Positions 26,606-36,100 of a stretch of DNA of 64,000 nt are shown piece after piece. The notes beneath the pieces were generated by a model. The model searched no databases, was not told the origin of the DNA, and was given only the letters and a program-made list of their open reading frames with translations. This DNA comes from Candidatus Dojkabacteria bacterium. GTDB lineage: Bacteria > Patescibacteriota > Dojkabacteria > J137. The position numbers and the translations under genes are program-made. The DNA lies in NCBI GenBank assembly GCA_030834985.1, contig JAUQWV010000007.1, forward strand, positions 4,321 through 68,320. The letters are read 5' to 3'. Numbering within the stretch: the stretch's first letter is position 1; each line of letters starts with the position of its first letter.

Positions 26606-29389
26606 TTAGATTACTATATTTAGAACTTTATTTTTTATGTATATAACCTTTTTTGGTTCACCTACAACAAATTTCTTTACTTGGTCCAATATCATGGCCT
26701 TTTCAACAACTGACGATTCTTCAGAATCAAAGTCTATGTTTAATGTTGCTCTAAGCTTGCCATTTATTTGTATCGCAATTGTTACTTGCTCCTCAATATT
26801 TAGGCTAGAATTGTATTCTGGCCAGCTTTGAGTATGAATGCTATATTCAAAACCATTTAAATTCCAAAGTTCTTCTGTAATGAATGGCGCAAAAGGCGCT
26901 AATAATCTTAAGAATACTGACCACGATAATCTATCTACTTTTTCAAAGCTGGCCAAAGAGTTAGTAGCTTCCATAAACTTTGCTACAGCTGTGTTAAAGG
27001 ATAAATCATCGATATCATCAGAGATCTTTTTTACTAATTTGTTTACAATTCGTTGCTGTTTGGTTGCGTTTTCGTTATCTATTGATTCAGCAACTTTATC
27101 GTTTAAAGTCCAAACTTTACTTAAGAATCTAAATACGCCGCTTTCTGTTCTATCATTCCAAGGCTTTGGGTCTTCTAATGGCCCCATAAACATCTCATAC
27201 ATTCTTAAAGTATCAGCTCCATATTTTTCTACTTCTGTATTGGGATTGATTACGTTGCCCCATCTTTTACTCATTTTTCTACCATCTGAGCCTAGAATTA
27301 ACCCCATATGCCGCATTTTATAGAATGGCTCATCAAAGTTGATTAGTTTTTGGTCGTATAAAAACTTTGTGAAAAATCGAGAATACAAACAATGTAAAAC
27401 TGTATGCTCAACACCAATCATATACAAATCAGTAGGTAACCAATAATTCATATCTTCTGTTCTTGCAAATACATCAGTAGCATCGGGTGAACAATATCTT
27501 AAAAAATACCAGCTAGAATCTACAAAGGTATCCATTGTATCTACTTCAAAGTGCCAACCTTTCCCATATTTTTCTTCAGCTAGTTTTTTAAAACTTTCAC
27601 TTCTAGCAATAGGAGATTCTCCAGTTGGTTTAAAATCTACATCTTCTGGCAATAATAATGGTAAATCTTTTTCTTCAAGTGCATGCGGGTTGCCCTGTGG
27701 ATCGTAAACAATAGGAATAGGGCAACCCCAATATCGTTGCCTTGATACTAACCAGTCACGTAAACGATATGTAGTTTTTTTACTGCCGATTCCTTCTTTT
27801 TCTAACCATTCTTGCATTTTAGATGCAGCTTCTTGTGAGCTTAACCCGTCAAACTTATCTGAATTAATTAAAGTACCGTAGTTGGTAGGGCAAACTTTCT
27901 CTTTATAATCAGAGTTGTACAACATCTCCCATAAACTTTTATATTGGCGAACACCTTCTTCAAAATCTTTCATTTTTAGCCAGGTTCGCTCATCTTCCAA
28001 GAATTTTGGGATTCTTGCTACGTCAGTTCCCCCAAATTCGTCTTTATCGTTTCCAAATACTATTACTGCTTCAGATTCACTTACTGCATCATGCCAGGCA
28101 TACTGACCTTCGACGCTATCTGTTGCATATTCAATGAATTCATCAATAAACTCAGCATTGAATTTAAATAAAACTTCATCATTAGTCTTTTTTATATAAA
28201 CAGGATTAAATTTTTGTATTTGAGTTAGAAATTTATCAAAGTCATTACTCCATTTTCTGGCAATATAACTGATATATTCTTGCTGTGTAGGAATAATAAC
28301 GTTTTTAATAGGGATATCAAATTTTAATGCAAATTCCATATCTCGCTCGTCATGAGCAGGGACTGCCATAATTGCGCCAGTTCCATAAGTATTTAATACA
28401 TAATCTACAACGTAGATTGGAACCTCTTGATTATTGAATGGATTAATAGCCATAACACCTTCTAATTTCACTCCGCTTTTTTCTTTATCAGTTTGCCTTT
28501 GTAAATCTGTTTTATTTCTTGCTTGATTAATGTATGCTTCTACATCACTCCAATTAGAAATATTATCTTTTATTTGCTGTAAAATTTGATTCTCGGGTGA
28601 TAGTGCAGTGTAAGTGCAGCCGAAAATGGTATCAATTCGGGTAGTGAATATTTCAAAGGAGCCTACTTCATTTTCGGCTGCCTTAATCTTAAAATTAACA
28701 GTAGTACCTTCACTTTTACCGATCCAATTTCTTTGCATCAATTTGGTGCTTTCAGGCCAGTCCACTTTATCTAGGTCATGATGCAATCTATCTGCATATG
28801 CAGTTATTTTAAACTGCCATTGGCTCATCTCTTTTTGTTCAACCGGTGTATCGCATCTTTCGCATCTGCCGTTTATAACTTGTTCGTTTGCTAAAACTGT
28901 TTGGTCCTTAGGACACCAATTGACCCGTACATTTGCTTTATATGCTAATCCATTTTTAAATAATTGAATGAATAACCACTGAGTCCATTTGTAATAGTCA
29001 GGTCTATGTGCACCAACTTCTTTATCCCAATCTACTGAAATTCCAACATTGTTGATCTGGTCAATAAAAGAAGGAATAACTTCTTCGGTACTTTGTTTAG
29101 GTGGGATTCCTGTTTTTATTGCATAGTTTTCGGCTGGTAATCCAAAGGAATCCCACCCCATAGGCAACGTGGTATTATATCCTTTCATTCGGTAGTAGCG
29201 AGCTACAATATCATTTGCTACCATTCCTTCTACGTGTCCAACATGTAAGCCAGCTCCCGATGGATAAGGAAATGAATACAAGGAGTAAAATTTCTTTTTA
29301 GATTTGTCGACAGATGCTTTGTAGAGTTTTTCTGATAACCATTTTTCTTTCCATTTATTTTCGAACTCTTTGGGATTAAAACTACTCAT
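26606..29389 (-). CDS. leuS: Leucyl-tRNA synthetase with an extra inserted segment
   Basis: FPYPSGAGLHVGH, GWDSFGLPAEN, GTGAIMAVPAHDERD, RLRDWLVSRQRYWG and KMSKR motifs. Confidence 0.97.
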   Translation of the reverse strand: MSSFNPKEFENKWKEKWLSEKLYKASVDKSKKKFYSLYSFPYPSGAGLHVGHVEGMVANDIVARYYRMKGYNTTLPMGWDSFGLPAENYAIKTGIPPKQSTEEVIPSFIDQINNVGISVDWDKEVGAHRPDYYKWTQWLFIQLFKNGLAYKANVRVNWCPKDQTVLANEQVINGRCERCDTPVEQKEMSQWQFKITAYADRLHHDLDKVDWPESTKLMQRNWIGKSEGTTVNFKIKAAENEVGSFEIFTTRIDTIFGCTYTALSPENQILQQIKDNISNWSDVEAYINQARNKTDLQRQTDKEKSGVKLEGVMAINPFNNQEVPIYVVDYVLNTYGTGAIMAVPAHDERDMEFALKFDIPIKNVIIPTQQEYISYIARKWSNDFDKFLTQIQKFNPVYIKKTNDEVLFKFNAEFIDEFIEYATDSVEGQYAWHDAVSESEAVIVFGNDKDEFGGTDVARIPKFLEDERTWLKMKDFEEGVRQYKSLWEMLYNSDYKEKVCPTNYGTLINSDKFDGLSSQEAASKMQEWLEKEGIGSKKTTYRLRDWLVSRQRYWGCPIPIVYDPQGNPHALEEKDLPLLLPEDVDFKPTGESPIARSESFKKLAEEKYGKGWHFEVDTMDTFVDSSWYFLRYCSPDATDVFARTEDMNYWLPTDLYMIGVEHTVLHCLYSRFFTKFLYDQKLINFDEPFYKMRHMGLILGSDGRKMSKRWGNVINPNTEVEKYGADTLRMYEMFMGPLEDPKPWNDRTESGVFRFLSKVWTLNDKVAESIDNENATKQQRIVNKLVKKISDDIDDLSFNTAVAKFMEATNSLASFEKVDRLSWSVFLRLLAPFAPFITEELWNLNGFEYSIHTQSWPEYNSSLNIEEQVTIAIQINGKLRATLNIDFDSEESSVVEKAMILDQVKKFVVGEPKKVIYIKNKVLNIVI

Positions 29390-29504
29390 AGAAAACGTTT
29401 AAAAATACGCTTGTATTTTAGTATTAGATGTCTCAAAAGACAATACACAAAGGCTAATTCTAGCTATAACTTTGTGAATTAAGCGTTTCGAGGTAAAATC
29501 AGGT

Positions 29505-30077
29505 ATGAGTTTGTTACAAAAAGTCCCAAAAATCAGAACAGATTTAGTATTTTTTATTATTGGGTTCCTGATTTTCCCGATCGTTGTAATTCTAGCAATA
29601 TATTCTATTTTTAGTGTTAAGGATGACATTGATAGATCTATACTGAGTTTCCCAATTGATAGTATAAATATTATAAATGAGCAGGATGATGTTGCCAGAC
29701 AGTCTCCGATAGGTACAAGCTCTGAGCCTGATCAATCAGAAACTACTCAAACAGAAAATGAATCTAGCCCTAGAACTTCTTCAATTAGTACAGTTAGGAC
29801 TGGACACTCTGAAGCCGGTTTGCGCCGGTCTCAAGAAAATTCAGCCGCTATCTCGCAAACCGGCTTCTGGAACCCTACCCAATATCAATATGGTGATATA
29901 GTTGAAAACACATACGTTGTACAACAGGGCGATACTTTATGGCAGATTGCACAGGCATATTATAGTAATGGTGAAGATTGGCACAAAATCTTAGAGAGTA
30001 ACAAAGATTTAATAGGTTTTTTACCTTCGGGCGAGCAGGCATTAATATATCCAAACCAAATTTTAGTTTTACCTTAA
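29505..30077 (+). CDS. Membrane-anchored LysM-domain protein
   Basis: YVVQQGDTLWQIAQAYY..IYPNQILVLP; N-terminal TM helix. Confidence 0.9.
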   Translation: MSLLQKVPKIRTDLVFFIIGFLIFPIVVILAIYSIFSVKDDIDRSILSFPIDSINIINEQDDVARQSPIGTSSEPDQSETTQTENESSPRTSSISTVRTGHSEAGLRRSQENSAAISQTGFWNPTQYQYGDIVENTYVVQQGDTLWQIAQAYYSNGEDWHKILESNKDLIGFLPSGEQALIYPNQILVLP

Positions 30078-30821
30078 TACTAAATTTTTTAAATCTTCTG
30101 GTAATTTAGCAATGTCTTCTGGAAATGTTTCTTTGATCTCTTTAATAATTGTAGCTGGATCAGGATATCTTCCATTTTGTTTAATAGTATCGATATATGC
30201 TTGCTTACCGTTTTTCCAAAAAAATTCTTCTTCTTGTTTAACTTGGGAGGTTAATAAATTGTATTGTTCCTGATTCAAGACATTTAAATCGACTAAGTCT
30301 GAATAAACGATCTCCAACTCTTCTGCAATAGTTAGATTAGAATTATCTAATACACGTGTATAAGAATCTTCAATTTTTGCTTTGTCAAAAAAATCTACAT
30401 CAAAAAGCTCCTTGTAAGTTTTTGTTAATGAAGCATCTCTTTTACCGATATAATCTACATCTTTTTGTCTGCCATCTTTAACAAGCCGGCTAATTCTTAC
30501 TTTCTGCGGCGCTTGCAAAAAAACTGAATATACATTGGGATTATCTTTTGTAAAAAAACCAGAGATATCTGTTTCTGTAACAATTTGTGATTTATTGTCA
30601 GCAATCCACTGCATATATTTTTCAAAAATTGGTCCCCAGTGTGGCTCTAAAAGTTCATCTGCTTTTACTCGATCTTCACCGGTATTCTCAAAATTAATTT
30701 GCTGTCCTAAGTATCTAAAAGTAGAGGAGCCTTGTAATAAAGTGAAACCTAAGGTTTTTGCTAAGATAATTGCTAATGTAGATTGTCCAACTCCTGGCCA
30801 TCCGGAAACTATTATATTCAT
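30069..30821 (-). CDS. Cytidylate-kinase-like P-loop protein (archaeal-type Cmk family)
   Basis: IIVSGWPGVGQSTLA, VFLQAP..VRISR and YKELFDVD..LDNSNL motifs. Confidence 0.7.
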   Translation of the reverse strand: MNIIVSGWPGVGQSTLAIILAKTLGFTLLQGSSTFRYLGQQINFENTGEDRVKADELLEPHWGPIFEKYMQWIADNKSQIVTETDISGFFTKDNPNVYSVFLQAPQKVRISRLVKDGRQKDVDYIGKRDASLTKTYKELFDVDFFDKAKIEDSYTRVLDNSNLTIAEELEIVYSDLVDLNVLNQEQYNLLTSQVKQEEEFFWKNGKQAYIDTIKQNGRYPDPATIIKEIKETFPEDIAKLPEDLKNLVLR

Positions 30822-30950
30822 AGTAATTATATAAACGTTAATTGATAGTTAGTATATCATTTACGGCTTAAAAGAATTATTCTTTATTATAACTTACCAT
30901 TTTATTCAATTTTTGCTAGTATTATATTAGGTAATTTTTTAAAGGCATTT

Positions 30951-31769
30951 ATGGAGCAAACAGATGTACATGCTGTAAATCCTCAAGATCACAGCTCCAC
31001 CCTTACCCTTGTTTTAATAGGAATAGTAATAATTGTGGCTTTAGGTTTAGTTGTAGGTGTAGTGGGCTATTTAGCTTTAACTACAGGGACAAATGAAACT
31101 GCAAATAACGAAACTGCAACAAATAGCACTAATAATCAGCAGAATCTTCAATCTTATATAACAGTTGAAACTCCATCAGAGAATGCACAACTGAATGGTG
31201 AAGTTTTAGTAACAGGAACTGCAAGTGGAGATATTACTTTATTAAAAGTTGAGTTATTTGATATGCATGATAATAGATTAGCTTTAGGTAACGTGCCAAT
31301 CTCAGTAATGGATGGTGCTGAAAATACTTGGCAAACACAATTAGATGTAATTACATCTCCTCTAAGCGCAGAAGGAAGAATAGTTGTTACTTCTGAAAAT
31401 CCGAATTTTACAAAACAAATAGATATTGTTTTTGAAAGTTATACTGACTCTCCTGATTATTTAACAATCTTTGCACCTTTAAAAAATCAGGTAATTTTAA
31501 GCGATAATATTACAGTTCACGGAGAAGCTAAGGGATTATTTGAAGGGACGTTAAACTTAAGGTTAATAGATGAAGTCGGAAATACAGTTTATGAAGATGC
31601 AATTACAATTCCAGATCAAGAGGAAGCTTTCAAAGAATTTACTTACGAACTATCAATTCCTGGCTTATCTTCTGCAATAGGTGAAATTGGCATTTGGGAA
31701 TTCTATTATGTAAGTGCGATAGATGGTCAAGATGTAATTCTGCAAACAATCCCAGTAAGATTCCTGTAA
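30951..31769 (+). CDS. Membrane-anchored protein with two Gmad2-like Ig domains
   Basis: ITVETP..VTGTA and ITVHGEAKGLFEGTLNLRL..SAIDG motifs. Confidence 0.75.
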   Translation: MEQTDVHAVNPQDHSSTLTLVLIGIVIIVALGLVVGVVGYLALTTGTNETANNETATNSTNNQQNLQSYITVETPSENAQLNGEVLVTGTASGDITLLKVELFDMHDNRLALGNVPISVMDGAENTWQTQLDVITSPLSAEGRIVVTSENPNFTKQIDIVFESYTDSPDYLTIFAPLKNQVILSDNITVHGEAKGLFEGTLNLRLIDEVGNTVYEDAITIPDQEEAFKEFTYELSIPGLSSAIGEIGIWEFYYVSAIDGQDVILQTIPVRFL

Positions 31770-31792
31770 TTTTAGTATGGTAAAATTTGCTT

Positions 31793-33151
31793 ATGACTAA
31801 TAAGCAAAAATATATTGATATCCTCTCTAAACCAGGCCTTTCCAAAGAAGTTGTAGAGTCAATCTCTAAATCTAAAGAAGAGCCTCAATGGATGACAGAC
31901 ATGCGTCTGAGAGCCTATGAACACTATATGGAAAGGCCTGTTCCTACATGGGGTGCTGACCTTTCAGGCTTTAAAGACGACAATATCCAATTCTATGTTG
32001 TACCAGGTTCAAAAAAAAAGAGAAACTGGGATGAAGTTCCAAGTGAGGTAAAAAAAACATTTGAAGAATTAAAGATTCCTGAAGCTGAACGTAAATTTCT
32101 AGCAGGTGTTGAAACACAATTCGATTCTTCTGTAATTTATGGAAGAATGAAGGAAAAGTGGGAAAGCCAAGGAGTAATTTTTACAGATACTGATACTGGT
32201 GTAAAGGAACATCCTGAAATTTTTAAAAAATGGTTTGGCAAGGTTGTTCCTCACACAGATAATAAATATGCTGCTTTAAATACTGCATGCTGGAGCGGAG
32301 GCAGCTTTGTTTATGTTCCAAAGGGTGTAAAAGTAGAGATTCCGCTTCAGGCATATTTTTATATTCAAACACAAAATCTGGGACAGTTTGAGCGCACACT
32401 TATTGTTGCTGATGAAGGAGCTGAAGTTCAATATGTTGAAGGCTGCACTGCACCTACATACTCAACAGATGTTCTTCATTCGGGAGTAATAGAGCTTGTA
32501 GCATTAAAAGGTGCACGTATTCGCTATACTACGATTCAAAACTGGTCTAAGAATGTATATAACCTTGTTACTCAGCGAGGCTTAGCCCATGAGAATGCAA
32601 CAATTGAATGGGTGGATTGTAATTTAGGATCTTACAAGACAATGAAATATCCGTCGGTACTTTTAGTTGGTAATAATTCTCATGGTGAAGTGTTGTCTAT
32701 CGCGGTAGCTGATGGAGTTCAGCATTTAGATAGTGGTGCCAAGATGATCCATATGGGTAAGAATACCAGCAGTGTTATAACTACTAAATCTATTTGTAAA
32801 AAAGGTGGACGAACCAGCTACCGCGGCTTAGTAAAAGTTGTAAAAGGTGCAAAAAATGCAAAAGTAAAGGTTGTATGTGATGCGTTAATACTAGACAATA
32901 TTTCTCAAACAGATACTTATCCTTATAATGAAATTTACGAAAAAGCTACTCGAATTGAACACGAAGCTTCTGTGAGCAAAGTTTCTGAAAATCAACTTTA
33001 CTATTTAATGTCACGAGGTATCTCTGAGGAGGAAGCTGGAGGACTAATAGTGTCTGGCTTTGTTGAGCCTATTGCAAAAGAACTGCCAATGGAATATGCT
33101 ATGGAGATGAACAATTTAATTCGTATGTCTATGAAAGGCAGCGTTGGATAA
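31793..33151 (+). CDS. sufB: Fe-S cluster assembly protein SufB
   Basis: GQFERTLI, YVEGCTAP, YTTIQNWS, TMKYPS, DTYPY, HEASV and YLMSRG motifs. Confidence 0.95.
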   Translation: MTNKQKYIDILSKPGLSKEVVESISKSKEEPQWMTDMRLRAYEHYMERPVPTWGADLSGFKDDNIQFYVVPGSKKKRNWDEVPSEVKKTFEELKIPEAERKFLAGVETQFDSSVIYGRMKEKWESQGVIFTDTDTGVKEHPEIFKKWFGKVVPHTDNKYAALNTACWSGGSFVYVPKGVKVEIPLQAYFYIQTQNLGQFERTLIVADEGAEVQYVEGCTAPTYSTDVLHSGVIELVALKGARIRYTTIQNWSKNVYNLVTQRGLAHENATIEWVDCNLGSYKTMKYPSVLLVGNNSHGEVLSIAVADGVQHLDSGAKMIHMGKNTSSVITTKSICKKGGRTSYRGLVKVVKGAKNAKVKVVCDALILDNISQTDTYPYNEIYEKATRIEHEASVSKVSENQLYYLMSRGISEEEAGGLIVSGFVEPIAKELPMEYAMEMNNLIRMSMKGSVG

Positions 33152-33169
33152 TTCTTGTAAATTTGAATT

Positions 33170-36100
33170 ATGGCAAATCCTAAAGACCCTGCAAGTCAGA
33201 ATGATATTCCTACTTTAACAGGTCTATCGACAGAACTTGGTATAAACCTAGATGAAGTTGGTTTTGAAACTCTAAATACTTTTCTTGATAAGATTCAAAG
33301 TGAAGATCCACAGCAGATTGAAAGTGCAACAGAAGGGTTAGAGCTTTTAATTAACGCTCATGAAAGCGATACAGGAAGAAGTTATGATCAGTTATTAGAC
33401 TTTTTTACTAAAGTTATAGACCATTTAACAGAAGCTTTAAAGTCAGGCGCTCCGTTAGATACTTCGTATGAAAATTTACTTAAAGTATTAGAACGAATTC
33501 AATTATCAAAAGCAAATAATGAATCACTTGCAAATGGTATTTCGAATAGCTTGTTCAATTTAGCAAAAGTACTTCAAACTCAAGGGCAGGCTTCTTTTTT
33601 AAATAACTTCTTAAATGATATGGCAACTAATCCGACAGGATTAACTGCAGAATCTGAATTAAAAATAGTTGAGCTTACTTTAAAAGATGCCGATGCTAAA
33701 CGATTATTAAATAATGGGTTTATAGAACGGCTTATTTATACTAACTTAGAAAACGATACTCTTGGAATTATTCCTCAAGAACTTCAAGCTTTAGCTCCTG
33801 AATACGCGAAATGTATTATTGATTTGATTACAAGCAATGCGCTATCTTTGAATAAACTTAATAATATTCTAATTAAGTTTTCTGGAGCGGAATTTTTGGA
33901 GGTATTTACTTCTAAACTCGTTGCCTCACCCGATCAGCAGTATTTAGATAGCACTAAACAAAAATTCCGCGAATTAGTCTTATCTTTACAAAAAAATGTT
34001 GAATTAGATAATCCGATATTTTCTAATCTTAAAAAGATAGTTTTTGAACTTTTTGGTGAGGAGTTTGCTAACGAGCTGCTTGAATATAATACAAAAGGTC
34101 CAAAACTTGAGCAGCTGGCGGATAGCTTAAATGATCAAGAACTTTCATTGGAGCAAAAGCACCAGGTGTTAAAGGATGTATTAAAGTTATTAGAAGAGGA
34201 AAAAAGAAAAGATAGCCCTGATGATAGAGTTCTTAAGAAAGTTTTTGGTATTGTATTAGGTAATTTTCGTCGATTAAACCTTGCAGATGCGGAAAGCTAC
34301 AAAATTGATTCTTATGGTAGAACACTAACTACAGTAGCAATAGAATTATATAAAAACTCATTCGAAACAGGCAGACCTGAAGCTAGAATCTTAGGTAATA
34401 CAGGAACACTAGCGATTGTTGAAAATAAAATTATAGATGGACTCAAATTGCTTAAAGAAGATAGGGTAGACTATTCTGGAATCCAAGAACTATATTTAAT
34501 ATTAATTGATAATCCTGATGTATACGCTGCATTTCCTGCAGTGCACTCACAAATTTTTGAAAATATAGCGTTTGCTTTGCCAAATCAAACAGCATTAAGA
34601 CTTTTAAAAAGGCTTTATACAAAACTTACAGGTATAGATGAGGTGGAAGATATTCTTCAATTCGATCAAATTACTACTGTTGACCAAGTTAGGGCGAAGC
34701 AAGATGCATTACAGGAAATCCCAATTGGTGAATTTATATCTTGGATTGCGTTTAGATCAGATGAAAGTGCGGATGAATTACTAGATAAGCTCCAAGGAAG
34801 AGAAGGCGACAGCACAATTGCAGAACTAATAGAACTTATTAATGTTATAAGGCCGGAAATTAGACAAAAGTTTGATGAGCGTGCATACGAAAGACGCGAA
34901 AAAAGAACTGATAGTATTAAATCAAGAATTGGTGAATCACTTGCTGCAGTTAGGATTGAAATGATTACTGATTCTATTAAACGTGATGAATTAAAAAAAC
35001 TAGAATTACAACGAACTTGGAAAGAAAAAGCTGTGCATGGAATTGAATCCACTTTAAGTTTTGGTAGATTTAAGTTTAATAAATTCCGAACAGAGTGGCG
35101 AAAAGGTATAGATGAAAAATTAAAAGAGAATGTTCAAGAAGAATCTAAAAGACAAAAGAAAATGATAGTTGAAGTAGGAGTTGATTCACTTTTAGAAGTG
35201 ATAAAAGCTAATTCTAGTCAGTATAGATACGATGCTGATTTCATTTATGTATTATCAGATTCAAAAACAAGAAATCAGTTCGAAGCTATTTTAATTGAAT
35301 TATATAAGCTTTATTCAGACGAAGAATATGCTTCTTTAAGACCAAAGATAGCACAAATTTTTGAATCTTATTCATTAGATCATAATGTACTTGAATTTTT
35401 ATCTCCAGAGTTAAGAGCTGTTAGAATCCCTTTATTAAAAGCTAAGTTAGAAACATATCAGAATAAATATACAGACTTTTTAGGTGAAGAACTAAGAGTT
35501 GAAGAGATAGAGGGGAATCGTATTGCAAGTATAAGATTAAAACTACGGGGTGAGTTAACAAAAAAACAAGAAGAGCAAAAGCTATCAGAGCAATATCTAG
35601 AAGTTGCTAAACCTAGGAATATTGCTATTAAGGAACTTGAAATAATTTTATCTGACAAAAGGCTATACGATATCTATATCGATACTCCAGGTTTTGAAGA
35701 TTTATTAGTTTCTACAATTGATTCGCTTGTTGCTTCTGGACTTAGATCTTCATATGATGTCGGATTTATAATGTATCTAATACAAGAAACAAATTCTCTA
35801 GGACATTCAATTTGGGATAGTTTACCTGCACAAACCAGATTAAAAGCAGCTGAAACATTGTTATCTAGCTTTACAGAAGGTACGCAAGAATATAGAAAGA
35901 TTGTTCTAAAACTTCTAAAAAATCCAACGCCACCTCCAGCGTTTGTTAGAAGTGACTTCAGTAATTATTTGTCTGCAGTCTACATATACGCGCAAGAAAC
36001 AAACGCTGAATTCAGAAATAAAATTCAGATAGTTCTTGAAGAAGAACCGGTAAGTACAAAACGTAGATTATTTTCTAGAAAGAAAGAAGAAAACCCTAGA

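Noticed and set aside
27890-28290. Intein in leuS
   Set aside because: No splice-junction residues or homing endonuclease motifs.
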